Made by a program: the position numbers and the translations under genes. This document shows, piece after piece, positions 31,378 through 41,645 of a DNA stretch of 64,000 bases. The stretch is from Bacilli bacterium (lineage in GTDB: Bacteria; Bacillota_I; Bacilli_A; RF39; UBA660). The stretch covers positions 139,013 to 203,012 of the forward strand of contig JAFQCG010000001.1 of assembly GCA_017416535.1 (NCBI GenBank), read 5' to 3'. Every line of letters begins with the position of its first letter. The stretch's first letter is position 1. Below the pieces are notes generated by a model. The model saw nothing but the letters and a program-made list of their open reading frames with translations, was not told the origin of the DNA and did not search any database.

Positions 31378-33150
31378 ATGTATCGTGCTTTATATAGAAA
31401 ATATAGACCTCAAGGATTTGAAAGCGTTGTTGGTCAAAATACTATTGTAAAAACGTTACTAAATTCGGTTAAAAATGGTTCTTTTGGACATGCTTACATG
31501 TTTTTTGGACCTCGTGGTGTAGGAAAAACAACGGCTTCTAAAATTTTTGCTAGAGCTATTAATTGTTTGGAACCAATTGATGGTAATGCATGTGGTAAAT
31601 GTTCTAATTGTAGTCATTCTTTTGAAAAAGAGTGTGTTGATATTATAGAAATAGATGCTGCATCTAATAATGGTGTTGATGAAATAAGAGAATTAAAAAA
31701 TAAAATTTCTTTAGTACCTGCTGAACTTAAATATAAGGTATATATAATTGATGAAGTTCATATGTTGTCAATTGGTGCTTTTAATGCACTTCTTAAAACT
31801 TTAGAAGAACCGCCAGAACATGCAATTTTTATTTTAGCAACAACTGATCCTCAAAAAGTTCCTGAAACTATTATTTCAAGATGTCAATGTTTTTCTTTTA
31901 AGAGAATTTCTGATGAAATGATTGTGGATAGACTTAAAACTGTATGTGAAAATGAAAATATTGATATAGATGAAGAAGTTTTAAGGGAAATTGCAATTGC
32001 TTCAGATGGAGGAATGAGAGATTCATTAAGTTCTCTTGATAAATTAATTTCTTATTCTGATAAAAAAATTACAGTTGATGATTTTGCTGAACTAAATGGT
32101 ATGATTACTAAAAAAGATTTAATTGAACTATGTGATAATGTTTTTGAAGGTGATATTGCAAAAGTTTTATTTAAATTGAATAAATTTAATAGTGATGGTA
32201 AAAATTTAATTCAAATTATATTACAATTAATGCATTTTTTACGTAATTCAGTTGTAAATTACTATGTGGAAAACAAAAAATGTAATTATTCTATAGATGA
32301 TATGTTAAAATTAATTAATATTATTAACGAAAATATGTTCGATATTAAAAAGAGTGGTAATCCTAAAATATTTATTGAAATGTTATTAATAAAATATATA
32401 AAAGACACTGGTGGTGACAAAATTATTTCCCAGGAAATAAAAAATGATAATGATTTAAAAAAATCTATAATTACTAGTGATGATAAATTAGGTGAAGATG
32501 ATGATAATTCTTTGGAAAATGAGTCTGATTCTAATAGTGTTGAACTTGATGAAGAGGATGAAGAAGAATTTGATTTTGATAAAGAGTATTCTGACGAAGA
32601 AGAATATAATGATGAATTTATTGAAAAAAACGTTGTGGATAAAGTTGTTTTAGAAGACTCTAATGATGAACAAAGACAAATTATCAATATTGATGAGATA
32701 ATGAAAATAAGAGTTAATAATACTTTAGCATGTGCTAATAAAAATATATTGAACCAAGAAATTGATAATATGAAGTTATTAAACGATTTTACATTTGATC
32801 AAGAAATTGGTTATATTGTATGTAATTTACTTGATTCTAATATTAGAGCTGCTAGCGAAGATAGCATAATTATAAGTTTTGAATATGATTCGATAGTTAA
32901 ACAAAATTTAATGGAATTAGAAAAAATTATATATGTTTATAATAAAATTACTAATTCAAATAAGAAAATCGCTATTATTACTGATGAAGAATGGGAAAAA
33001 GAAAAAAGTAATTACATTAAAAGTATTAAAGATGGTAAGACATACCAAGTTGTGGAAGAACCTAAAGAAATCTATGAAGAAGTTAAAAAAAATGATATAA
33101 TATCTAATAGTGCAATGGAACTATTTGGTGATATTGTAGAAATTAAATAA
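31378..33150 (+). CDS. dnaX: DNA polymerase III subunit gamma/tau
   Basis: 590 aa, Walker A GPRGVGKTT, zinc module CGKCSNC, and an acidic low-complexity linker. Confidence 0.9.
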   Translation: MYRALYRKYRPQGFESVVGQNTIVKTLLNSVKNGSFGHAYMFFGPRGVGKTTASKIFARAINCLEPIDGNACGKCSNCSHSFEKECVDIIEIDAASNNGVDEIRELKNKISLVPAELKYKVYIIDEVHMLSIGAFNALLKTLEEPPEHAIFILATTDPQKVPETIISRCQCFSFKRISDEMIVDRLKTVCENENIDIDEEVLREIAIASDGGMRDSLSSLDKLISYSDKKITVDDFAELNGMITKKDLIELCDNVFEGDIAKVLFKLNKFNSDGKNLIQIILQLMHFLRNSVVNYYVENKKCNYSIDDMLKLINIINENMFDIKKSGNPKIFIEMLLIKYIKDTGGDKIISQEIKNDNDLKKSIITSDDKLGEDDDNSLENESDSNSVELDEEDEEEFDFDKEYSDEEEYNDEFIEKNVVDKVVLEDSNDEQRQIINIDEIMKIRVNNTLACANKNILNQEIDNMKLLNDFTFDQEIGYIVCNLLDSNIRAASEDSIIISFEYDSIVKQNLMELEKIIYVYNKITNSNKKIAIITDEEWEKEKSNYIKSIKDGKTYQVVEEPKEIYEEVKKNDIISNSAMELFGDIVEIK

Positions 33151-33165
33151 AAGGAGAGTAATTTT

Positions 33166-33462
33166 ATGAATATACAAGCAATGATGAAACAAGCTCAAGC
33201 TTTACAAAAAGATATGTTAAAAGTAAAGGATGAAGTTGATAATACTGAATTTACTGGTGAAAGTTCATTAGTAAAAGTTACTTTAAAAGGAACAAAAGAA
33301 GTAGTTAAAGTTGAAATTGATGCAAAGGATGGTCTTGATGCAGATGATATTGAAATGCTTCAAGATATGATTATGGTTGCAATCAATCAAGCAAATGAAA
33401 AAATTGATGAAGCGTTAGATAAGAAAATGGGAAAATTTGGAAATATTCCAGGTTTATTTTAG
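33166..33462 (+). CDS. ybaB: nucleoid-associated protein YbaB/EbfC
   Basis: 98 aa, MMKQAQALQKDMLKVKDE. Lies between dnaX and recR. Confidence 0.85.
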   Translation: MNIQAMMKQAQALQKDMLKVKDEVDNTEFTGESSLVKVTLKGTKEVVKVEIDAKDGLDADDIEMLQDMIMVAINQANEKIDEALDKKMGKFGNIPGLF

Positions 33463-33472
33463 GAATTAATTT

Positions 33473-34069
33473 ATGTATCCTGATAGTATAAAAAACTTAA
33501 TTGAATCATTTAAATATTTACCAGGAATTGGGGAGAAAACAGCCGAGAGACTGGCTTTTTCTGTTTTAGAATTAGAAGAAGAACAAGTAGAATTATTTGT
33601 GGAAAGTTTATCTGATGTTAATAAAAAAATTCATAAATGTGATGTATGTAATACTTTAACAGAAGATGAAAAATGTTTTATCTGTAATGATGATTCAAGA
33701 GATAATAAGGTATTATGTGTTGTTGAGGATACAAAAAATGTTTTCTTATTTGAAAAGTTAGGCATGTTTCAAGGAAAATATCATGTATTGGATGGTTTAA
33801 TATCTCCATTAGATGGTATAAATCCTGAGGATATTGGGTTAGATAAGTTAATCGATAGAATAACTAATGAAAAATTTGAAGAAATTATTTTTGCTTTTAA
33901 ACCTAGTATTGAAGGAGAAACAACGTCTTTATATATTAAAAGAATTTTAGATGGTTTAAATATTAAAACAACTCGTTTAGCGAGTGGAGTACCTATTGGT
34001 GCTGATATGGAATATGTGGATAGTTTAACTCTTGAAAGAGCTTTAAATGATAGAAAAGAAATTGAATAA
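33473..34069 (+). CDS. recR: recombination protein RecR
   Basis: 198 aa, HhH, C4 zinc finger CDVCNTLTEDEKCFIC, Toprim. Confidence 0.9.
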   Translation: MYPDSIKNLIESFKYLPGIGEKTAERLAFSVLELEEEQVELFVESLSDVNKKIHKCDVCNTLTEDEKCFICNDDSRDNKVLCVVEDTKNVFLFEKLGMFQGKYHVLDGLISPLDGINPEDIGLDKLIDRITNEKFEEIIFAFKPSIEGETTSLYIKRILDGLNIKTTRLASGVPIGADMEYVDSLTLERALNDRKEIE

Positions 34070-34109
34070 TGTTTGATTTTTATCATATCTCTTAATAGGA
34101 GATGATGAT

Positions 34110-34295
34110 ATGAAGGTTTTAGTTAAATTTATAAAAAAAGTTATACTTAGTTCATTTTTGTTATATGGATATAATCTTATTGCAGTTAATTTTAATATGA
34201 TTATTCCTATTAATTTATTTACTATTTTAAGTATGTGTATTTTAGGGATTCCATCTCTATTTGCTTTATTACTTTTTAAATTATTTATTTTGTGA
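34110..34295 (+). CDS. bofA: BofA-like small membrane protein (pro-sigma-K processing inhibitor family)
   Basis: 61 aa with two TM segments. IPINLFTILSMCILGIPSLFALLLFK aligns with B. subtilis BofA VPINLVTTAISGILGIPGIAALVVIK. Lies downstream of recR as in Bacillus. Confidence 0.6.
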   Translation: MKVLVKFIKKVILSSFLLYGYNLIAVNFNMIIPINLFTILSMCILGIPSLFALLLFKLFIL

Positions 34296-34304
34296 GGTGA
34301 TCTT

Positions 34305-35129
34305 ATGAATTTATCTGTTGCAAAAAATAGATATTACAATTTAATTAATAGTATTGTAAAAAATAATAAGATATCTCATGCTTATTTAATTGAAGTTGAT
34401 AATTATGAAGATGATTATAAATGTATAATGGATTTTGTTAAACTTATTATATGTAGTTCTAATGATGATGATATTAATAATATGATTGATTCAGGTAATT
34501 ATCCGGATCTTAAAATTATTGAGCCAGACGGTAATTCAATAAAAAAAGCACAATTAATAAAGTTACAAGAGGAATTTAGAAATAAATCATTTCTTAATAA
34601 TAGAATGATATATATTATTAAAGAAGCTGATAAATTAAATGATTCATCTGGTAATACAATTTTGAAATTTTTAGAAGAACCAGAGGAAGATATTATTGGA
34701 ATTTTAGTTACTACAAATCGTTATAAAGTTATTGATACAATTTTATCGAGATGCCAAGTTATTTCTATACAAGATGGAATTATGAATACAGATTGTGATG
34801 AAAATACTTTAAATCTTTTAAAATTTTTATCAAAAAAAGATGATTTATTTATTAATTATCAATATATTTGTGACAATATTTTAATTGATAAACTGATTGC
34901 TAAAGATATTTTGGCTAGTTTAGAGAGTGTCTTGTTACAATATTTGAATTATTGTTCAGATAAAAATGTATATTGTGATCAGAATGTTGTTGGTATTTTA
35001 AGTAATATATCTACTGATAAAATAATTAGATATATTGCTATTATTGAGGAAGAAGTGAAAAAATTTGAATTTAATATTAATTATAAATTATGGTTAGATT
35101 GTTTTTTTGCTAAGTTAATTGAGGTATAG
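34305..35129 (+). CDS. holB: DNA polymerase III delta' subunit
   Basis: 274 aa AAA+-like clamp-loader subunit (SHAYLIE, LKFLEEPEEDIIGILVT, SRCQV). Confidence 0.8.
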   Translation: MNLSVAKNRYYNLINSIVKNNKISHAYLIEVDNYEDDYKCIMDFVKLIICSSNDDDINNMIDSGNYPDLKIIEPDGNSIKKAQLIKLQEEFRNKSFLNNRMIYIIKEADKLNDSSGNTILKFLEEPEEDIIGILVTTNRYKVIDTILSRCQVISIQDGIMNTDCDENTLNLLKFLSKKDDLFINYQYICDNILIDKLIAKDILASLESVLLQYLNYCSDKNVYCDQNVVGILSNISTDKIIRYIAIIEEEVKKFEFNINYKLWLDCFFAKLIEV

Positions 35130-35142
35130 TAGGAGGTAATTT

Positions 35143-35934
35143 ATGATAGACGTTGTTGTTGTAAGATTAAAATCTACAAAGGGAATATATTATGTTTCTC
35201 CAAATTTAATTGAATTGGAAAAAGGAAATATAGTTGTATTTGAAACAGAAAATGGTTTGCAACTTGGTGAGGTTTGTAAAGATATTTATAAAGAAAAACA
35301 AGAAAACTTAGATTTACCTTTATCAAAAGTGGTTAGAATTGCTACAGAAGATGATTTATCTATGTTTGATGAAAACGCTGAAGCAACAGAAAAAGCTTTA
35401 AAGGATGCGAGAAAGTTAAGTAAGGAATTAGAACTAGATATGAATTTTGTTGAAGCTTATTATAGTTTAGATAAGTCTCAATTAGTATTTTCATTTTTAT
35501 CAGATAACAGAGTTGATTTTAGAGAATTAGCAAAGAAACTTGCACAAAAATATAAAACTAGAATTGAACTTAGACAAATTGGTGTTAGAGATAAATCTAA
35601 AAAAATTGGTGGATTAGGACCTTGTGGATTATTTTTATGTTGTAATTCATTTTTAACAGATTTTAATAGTGTATCTATTAATATGGCAAAAAATCAGTTC
35701 CTAGCATTAAATCCATCAAAAATTAATGGTGCTTGTGGTAGACTTTTGTGTTGTTTAGATTATGAGAATGATGTTTATACTGAATTAAAAAAAGATTTAC
35801 CAAAAATTGGTATGGTAGCTGATACACCTATGGGGATGGGAAAAGTTGTTTCTGTAGATGTATTTAAAAAGACTTATTCTGTTGATTTAAAAGAAAAGGG
35901 AATTGTTGAATTCTCAAAGGATGATAAAAAATAA
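35143..35934 (+). CDS. ricT: PSP1-domain protein RicT (YaaT)
   Basis: 263 aa. TRIELRQIGVRD, GGLGPCG and CGRLLCC match B. subtilis YaaT. Follows holB. Confidence 0.8.
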   Translation: MIDVVVVRLKSTKGIYYVSPNLIELEKGNIVVFETENGLQLGEVCKDIYKEKQENLDLPLSKVVRIATEDDLSMFDENAEATEKALKDARKLSKELELDMNFVEAYYSLDKSQLVFSFLSDNRVDFRELAKKLAQKYKTRIELRQIGVRDKSKKIGGLGPCGLFLCCNSFLTDFNSVSINMAKNQFLALNPSKINGACGRLLCCLDYENDVYTELKKDLPKIGMVADTPMGMGKVVSVDVFKKTYSVDLKEKGIVEFSKDDKK

Positions 35935-36662
35935 TGGAAGTTCTAAATGATATATTAGGTTATAAAAATAGAAAAATTTATCAAGATACTGATTATTTTT
36001 CGTTTTCTTTAGATAGTATTATGTTAGCTAATTTTGCGACAATTAGATTAAGAGACAGACTAATATGTGATCTTGGTTGTGGAAATGGTGTTATTCCTCT
36101 TATTTTATCTTTAAGAACTAATAAGAATATTGTTGGAGTAGAAATTCAAAAAAAGTTGTCAGATATGGCAATTAAGTCAGTTGATTTAAATAAATTGTCT
36201 GATCAAATTAAAATAATTAATATTGATATGAAGAAATTTGTTAATAGTGAATATTTTGAATCATTTGATTTGATTACATGTAATCCTCCATATTTTAAAG
36301 TTAATGATAAAAGTTTTTTTAATGAGAGTTATGAGAAAATGATTGCTCGTCATGAGATAGAAATTAATCTTAGTGAATTATTATTGGTTGTTAATAAACT
36401 CTTGAAAAATAATGGTAATTTTGCTATAGTACATAGACCTGAGAGGTTAATGGAGATTTTATTTGAGTTTAGGAAAAATCATATTGAACCTAAGAGAATT
36501 CAATTTGTTTATGAAAAAGCATCAAAAGGTTCAACATTAGTACTTATTGAAGGACAAAAAAATGGAAAAGATGGTTTAAAGATAGAAAATCCTATTATTA
36601 TGTATAATGAGGATGGTAGTTTTACAGATGAATATGAGCTTTTACAAAATGAGGTGAGATAA
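35934..36662 (+). CDS. class I SAM-dependent N6-adenine methyltransferase (YabB/TrmN6-like)
   Basis: 242 aa. Motif I DLGCGNG and motif IV CNPPYF. Confidence 0.7.
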   Translation: MEVLNDILGYKNRKIYQDTDYFSFSLDSIMLANFATIRLRDRLICDLGCGNGVIPLILSLRTNKNIVGVEIQKKLSDMAIKSVDLNKLSDQIKIINIDMKKFVNSEYFESFDLITCNPPYFKVNDKSFFNESYEKMIARHEIEINLSELLLVVNKLLKNNGNFAIVHRPERLMEILFEFRKNHIEPKRIQFVYEKASKGSTLVLIEGQKNGKDGLKIENPIIMYNEDGSFTDEYELLQNEVR

Positions 36663-37513
36663 TGGTTCAGAAGAGTTACGACGACAGTGCTAGTTTATAT
36701 TTAATTCCAACTCCTATAGGTAATTTGGATGATATTACTGTTAGAGCACTTAAAACATTGGAATCTGTTGATTTTATTTTATGTGAAGATACTCGTGAAA
36801 CAGGAAAACTTTTAAGTAAATATAATATTAAAAAGAAATTGGTAAGTTGTCATGAATATAATGAAGAAGCTGTTAGAAATTATGTTGTAGAAGAACTAAA
36901 AAAAGGATTAAATATTGGATTAGTTACAGACCAAGGGACACCAATTATTAGTGATCCTGGATATATTGTTGCTAAAGAAGTTATTAGATGTGGATATAAT
37001 GTTGTTAGTTTGCCTGGGGCAACTGCTTTTGTACCTGCACTTACTATGTCTGGTATTGATCCATCTCCATTTTTATTTTATGGATTTTTAAATGCAAAGA
37101 GTTCTAAAAGAAAAAAAGAACTTAATTCTTTAAAAGACTTAAAGTTTACTTTGATATTTTATGAGGCTCCTCATAGATTGAAGGATTCATTAATTTCTAT
37201 GTTAGAGATTTTAGGAGATCGTAATATTACTATTAGTAGGGAAATATCTAAAATTTATGAAGAGGTTTTAAGAGATAAGATAAGTAATTTAATTGATGTT
37301 GCTGATACATTGAAAGGTGAATTTGTATTAATTGTTGAAGGAAACAAGGATGTAGTTGATTTTTCTTCTATGAATATTGTTGAACATGTTAAATTGTATG
37401 TTGAAGATGGTATGAGTGAAAAAGATGCTATTAAATTAGTTGCTAAGGAACGTAATATTGCTAAATCAATAGTATACAAAGATTACCATTTAGAAAGAGA
37501 TAGTGATGAGTAG
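36662..37513 (+). CDS. rsmI: 16S rRNA (cytidine1402-2'-O)-methyltransferase RsmI
   Basis: 283 aa, LYLIPTPIGNLDDITVRALKTLESVDFILCEDTR tetrapyrrole-methylase fold. Confidence 0.85.
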   Translation: MVQKSYDDSASLYLIPTPIGNLDDITVRALKTLESVDFILCEDTRETGKLLSKYNIKKKLVSCHEYNEEAVRNYVVEELKKGLNIGLVTDQGTPIISDPGYIVAKEVIRCGYNVVSLPGATAFVPALTMSGIDPSPFLFYGFLNAKSSKRKKELNSLKDLKFTLIFYEAPHRLKDSLISMLEILGDRNITISREISKIYEEVLRDKISNLIDVADTLKGEFVLIVEGNKDVVDFSSMNIVEHVKLYVEDGMSEKDAIKLVAKERNIAKSIVYKDYHLERDSDE

Positions 37514-37704
37514 TGACTCATAAAGTTAATCCACATAATATTAGAGTTGGTATAATACGTGATTGGGATTCAAGATGGACTCCTAGTGACATTACTATAA
37601 GTGGTGAAAAATTTAGAAATTTAGTAGTTACTGAGAATATTAAAGTTTTTGGAAATAATCAAAGTGACATTGAAAGAATTGTTAAAACTATGAAGAAAAG
37701 GTGA
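37513..37704 (+). CDS. small ORF whose N-terminus mimics the ribosomal protein S3 N-terminus (truncated KH-like); GTG start overlapping the rsmI stop
   Basis: 63 aa. (M)THKVNPHNIRVGIIRDWDSRW versus B. subtilis S3 [21 protein letters not shown] gives about 17 identities in 21. The rest diverges. The RBS is weak and expression is uncertain. Confidence 0.35.
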   Translation: MTHKVNPHNIRVGIIRDWDSRWTPSDITISGEKFRNLVVTENIKVFGNNQSDIERIVKTMKKR

Positions 37705-37710
37705 TTCAAT

Positions 37711-38280
37711 ATGAAATTAATTGTTGGACTTGGAAATCCTGGAAAAGAATATGAAAATACACGTCATAATATTGGTTTTATGGTTGTGGATAATTATATT
37801 TCAAAAAAAGGTATTAGTGATAGTTGGAAAAGTAAATTTAATGGTTTATATTTAGAAACTAATATTAATGGTGAAAAAGTTGTTTTTGTTAAACCACAAT
37901 CTTATATGAACTTATCTGGTAGTGTTGTAAGTCAATTTGTTAATTTTTATAAAATTGATATTAATGATATTTTAGTTATTTCAGATGATTTAGATTTATT
38001 AACTGGCAATTATAAGTTAAAAAGTCAAGGTTCATGTGGTGGACACAATGGTTTAAGAGATATTGAAAGATGTCTTTGTACTCAAGAATATAAGCGTTTA
38101 AAAGTTGGTATATCTAAAGATAATGATATTGATACTAAAGATTATGTATTAAGTAAGATATCTAAGGATGATGCAAAGATTTACGATGATCTTTTTAGTT
38201 TACTTATTGATGTAATAGATAATTTTTTTAGTATGTCATTTAGCGATTTAATGAATAAACACAATAGTAAGAATAGGTGA
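37711..38280 (+). CDS. pth: peptidyl-tRNA hydrolase
   Basis: 189 aa, MKLIVGLGNPGKEYENTRHNIGF. Confidence 0.9.
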   Translation: MKLIVGLGNPGKEYENTRHNIGFMVVDNYISKKGISDSWKSKFNGLYLETNINGEKVVFVKPQSYMNLSGSVVSQFVNFYKIDINDILVISDDLDLLTGNYKLKSQGSCGGHNGLRDIERCLCTQEYKRLKVGISKDNDIDTKDYVLSKISKDDAKIYDDLFSLLIDVIDNFFSMSFSDLMNKHNSKNR

Positions 38281-38284
38281 TTAG

Positions 38285-41200
38285 ATGGGTTTATTTGATC
38301 AATTTATTACTGTAGATATAAAAAAGAACATGGGTATAGCTGGTCTTACCGATGAGTTTTTTTGTGTCTATTTGAATAATTTATTTGAAAAATATAGTAA
38401 AAATATTCTTGTTGTTGTTAATTCTTTATATGAAGCAAATCAATTATTTTCATCTTTAAAAAATTATACTGATAATTGTTGTTTATTTCCGATGGATGAT
38501 TTTCTTACTAGTGAAGCTTTGGCTATAAGTCCAGATTTACAAATTACTAGACTTGAAACAATTAATGAAATTGTAAAAGATAAACCACTAATTGTTATTG
38601 CAAATTTAATGGGTTATTTGAGATTTTTGCCTACAAAAAAGACATATACAGAGTCTATTTTAGAATTAAAAGTTGGAAATATCATTAGTCCTCAAACCCT
38701 TGTGAATAAACTTATTTCTAGTGGTTACACAAGAGATACTATTGTTACTAAGACTGGTGAGTTTGGTGTACGTGGATTTATAATTGATGTTTTTCCTGTG
38801 GATGAAGAAAATCCAATTCGTATTGAATTTTTTGATGATGAAATTGACTCTATAAGAACATTTGATCCTGAATCTCAAAAATCTTTAGAAAATATTAAGA
38901 ACATTTTAATAAAACCGTATTTTGAATTTATTACGAATGAAGAAGTTCCAGATGATAGATTTGGTAAACAAAAGTATTTACCTGAGTATGGTAGAGTTTC
39001 TTCTATAGCGGATTATTTAGATGATTCTATTACTATTTTCAAAGATTATGAGCAATTAGAGTTTAGTTTTTCTCATATTATGGAAGAGGTTATTACATAT
39101 AAAGAGTCAAAAGATGTTAATTTTGATGGAGATTATATGTTTAATTTTGGTGAAATTAAATGTAATTTTCCAGTTTATTATATGAGTGTTAATAATATTA
39201 TTAATAATAAGGATATTTCTGAATTAAAAAATTTTGGTGTTCGTACTATAAATAATTTTGCAGAAAATGTGGATACAATTAATAATTATATTAGAAAAGC
39301 TTTAGATGATAAAAAAACAATTCTAATTTGTTTGAAGAAGCATGAACTAAGAAGTATTATAAAAGTACTTAATATGAAGGTTATAGAGAGTACTTTTAAT
39401 GATATTAAATTAGGTATGGTTAACTTAATAGAAAAAGAAGTTAATCAAGGGTTTATTTATAATGATTTGGTAGTTTTATCTGCACATGAATTATTTTTAA
39501 ATAATAATAGTAAAAAGAAATATAAAACAAAATTTAAATATTCTGTAAGTATTAAGGATGTTAATAAGTTAAGTGTTGGTGATTATGTTGTACATAATGT
39601 TCATGGTATTGGTGTATATAATGGAATAAAAACACTTACTTTAAATGGTATTACTAAGGACTATTTAGAGGTTTTATATCAAGGAACTGATAAAATATAT
39701 ATACCTGTTGAAAAAATAGATCTACTTTCTAAATATTCTGGTAAGGAAGGTGCTGCTCCTAAAATTAATAAATTAGGTGGTAATGAATGGAATAAGACTA
39801 AGGCTAGAGTAAAGAGCAAAGTTAATGATATGGCTGATCAATTACTTGCTTTATATGCAGAAAGAGAATCTCGTCGTGGTTTTGCGTTCTCTCCTGATTG
39901 TGATATGTCATACGACTTTGAGCAAGACTTTCCATATGAATTAACTCGTGACCAAGTACAGGCGATTAGTCAAATTAAAGCTGATATGGAATGTCCTGTA
40001 CCAATGGATAGATTACTATGTGGAGATGTTGGTTTTGGTAAGACAGAAGTTGCTTTTGTTGCGGCATTTAAGGCAATTCTTGATTCAAAACAAGTATTAT
40101 TTCTTTGTCCAACAACAATTCTTTCTAATCAACATTATGAAAATGCTAAGTTAAGGTTTAAAAATTTTCCAGTATCTATTGGTTTATTAAATAGGTTTAC
40201 TAGTCCTAAAGAGGCAAAAAGAATTCTTGACGGATTACGTGATGGAACTATTGATATGGTATTTGGTACTCACAGATTATTAAGTGATGATGTTAAAATG
40301 AAAGATTTAGGGTTACTTGTGATTGATGAAGAACAAAGATTTGGTGTTGCTCATAAGGAGAAAATTAAGCAATATAAGACTAATGTTGATGTTTTAACTC
40401 TTACTGCAACTCCAATTCCTAGAACTCTTCAAATGTCATTAGTAGGTATTAGAAGTTTATCTTTAATTGAGACTCCTCCTATGAATAGATATCCTGTTCA
40501 AACTTATGTGGTTGAAGAAAATAAACAAATTATTAAGGATGCTATTTATAAGGAATTATCTCGTAATGGACAAGTGTTTATTTTGTATAACCGAGTTCAG
40601 TCTATTGAGGAGACCAAAAGTAGAATTCAGAATTTAGTACCTGATGCACGTATTGCTATTGCTCACGGTCAAATGACTAAGAATGAACTTGAAAATGTTA
40701 TTATAGATTTTACTAATCATGAATATGATGTATTAGTTTGTACTACAATTATTGAAACTGGTATTGATATTCCTAATGTTAATACTTTAATAATTATGGA
40801 TGCTGATCATTTTGGTTTAAGTCAGTTATATCAAATAAGAGGACGTGTTGGTCGAGGAGACAAGTTTGCTTATGCTTATTTAATGTATCAACCGTTTAAG
40901 TCTTTATCAGAAACTGCTGTTAAAAGACTTAATGTTATTAAGGAGTTTACTGAATTAGGTAGTGGTTTTTCTATTGCAACACGCGATTTATCTATTCGTG
41001 GAGCAGGTGATATTTTAGGTAGTGAACAAGCAGGATTTATTGATTCTGTTGGAATTGATTTATATTTAAAAATGCTTAATGATGAAGTTGCTCGTAAGAA
41101 AAATATTATACTTGAAGTAGAGGATGATGAATTAGATAAACCACCACTTTTAAGTGTTACTACTCATATTGATGATTCTTATGTTAGTGAAGATGAACTA

Positions 41201-41602
41201 AAAATTGAAATTCATAGAAAAATTAATGAAATTGATTCAAAAGAAAAGTTTGAAGAAGTAAAAGTTGAACTTGAAGATAGATTTGGTAAATTAAGTGAAG
41301 AAATAATTATCTATATGTATGAAGAATGGTTTGAAAAGCTTGCTTATAAAGTTAAGATTTCTAATGTTCATCAAACTAAGAATTCTATTGAGTTAGTATT
41401 TCCGATGGATGTTGTATCTAAAATGGATACAGAAGAGTTATTTATGGATGCTTTTTATGTATCAAATATGTTTAGATTTATTAGTAGAGGAAGTAACTTG
41501 GTAATTGTTCTTGATATTATTAAATTAGAAAAACATCCTGTTTATTATTTAGTTGAGTTGTTAGATAAAATTTATGACAAATTTGGAAAAAACATTGACT
41601 AA
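38285..41602 (+). CDS. mfd: transcription-repair coupling factor Mfd
   Basis: 1105 aa. UvrB-homology, RNAP-interacting domain, DEAD/DEAH helicase motifs (GDVGFGKTEVA, DEEQRFG), TRG motif. Confidence 0.9.
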   Translation: MGLFDQFITVDIKKNMGIAGLTDEFFCVYLNNLFEKYSKNILVVVNSLYEANQLFSSLKNYTDNCCLFPMDDFLTSEALAISPDLQITRLETINEIVKDKPLIVIANLMGYLRFLPTKKTYTESILELKVGNIISPQTLVNKLISSGYTRDTIVTKTGEFGVRGFIIDVFPVDEENPIRIEFFDDEIDSIRTFDPESQKSLENIKNILIKPYFEFITNEEVPDDRFGKQKYLPEYGRVSSIADYLDDSITIFKDYEQLEFSFSHIMEEVITYKESKDVNFDGDYMFNFGEIKCNFPVYYMSVNNIINNKDISELKNFGVRTINNFAENVDTINNYIRKALDDKKTILICLKKHELRSIIKVLNMKVIESTFNDIKLGMVNLIEKEVNQGFIYNDLVVLSAHELFLNNNSKKKYKTKFKYSVSIKDVNKLSVGDYVVHNVHGIGVYNGIKTLTLNGITKDYLEVLYQGTDKIYIPVEKIDLLSKYSGKEGAAPKINKLGGNEWNKTKARVKSKVNDMADQLLALYAERESRRGFAFSPDCDMSYDFEQDFPYELTRDQVQAISQIKADMECPVPMDRLLCGDVGFGKTEVAFVAAFKAILDSKQVLFLCPTTILSNQHYENAKLRFKNFPVSIGLLNRFTSPKEAKRILDGLRDGTIDMVFGTHRLLSDDVKMKDLGLLVIDEEQRFGVAHKEKIKQYKTNVDVLTLTATPIPRTLQMSLVGIRSLSLIETPPMNRYPVQTYVVEENKQIIKDAIYKELSRNGQVFILYNRVQSIEETKSRIQNLVPDARIAIAHGQMTKNELENVIIDFTNHEYDVLVCTTIIETGIDIPNVNTLIIMDADHFGLSQLYQIRGRVGRGDKFAYAYLMYQPFKSLSETAVKRLNVIKEFTELGSGFSIATRDLSIRGAGDILGSEQAGFIDSVGIDLYLKMLNDEVARKKNIILEVEDDELDKPPLLSVTTHIDDSYVSEDELKIEIHRKINEIDSKEKFEEVKVELEDRFGKLSEEIIIYMYEEWFEKLAYKVKISNVHQTKNSIELVFPMDVVSKMDTEELFMDAFYVSNMFRFISRGSNLVIVLDIIKLEKHPVYYLVELLDKIYDKFGKNID

Positions 41603-41645
41603 TGATTTGAATTCTTGTTAAAGTTAATATGCTAGGAGTGAAGAT

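Noticed and set aside
32286-32687. 133-aa serine-rich minus-strand ORF
   Set aside because: Antisense to the acidic D/E-rich linker of dnaX (GAA/GAT repeats read as S/L on the other strand). Artefact.
34110-34295. Considered the 61-aa ORF after recR as a spurious hydrophobic ORF
   Set aside because: Not rejected as a gene. Its C-terminal half aligns with the BofA family motif (PINL...ILGIP...AL) and the recR-bofA linkage is conserved. It was therefore kept as a feature at moderate confidence.
37255-37479. Minus-strand ORFs inside plus-strand core genes (e.g. 23455-23643, 24090-24287, 24840-25037, 25906-26160, 27934-28116, 33781-34086, 37255-37479, 38666-38878, 41868-42182, 42828-43127, 44158-44385, 48031-48279, 53894-54121, 58702-58890, 60316-60828)
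   Set aside because: Antisense to dnaN, comK-like, recF, gyrB, gyrA, recR, rsmI, mfd and others. The genome is densely coding on the sense strand with homology support, so these are frame artefacts.
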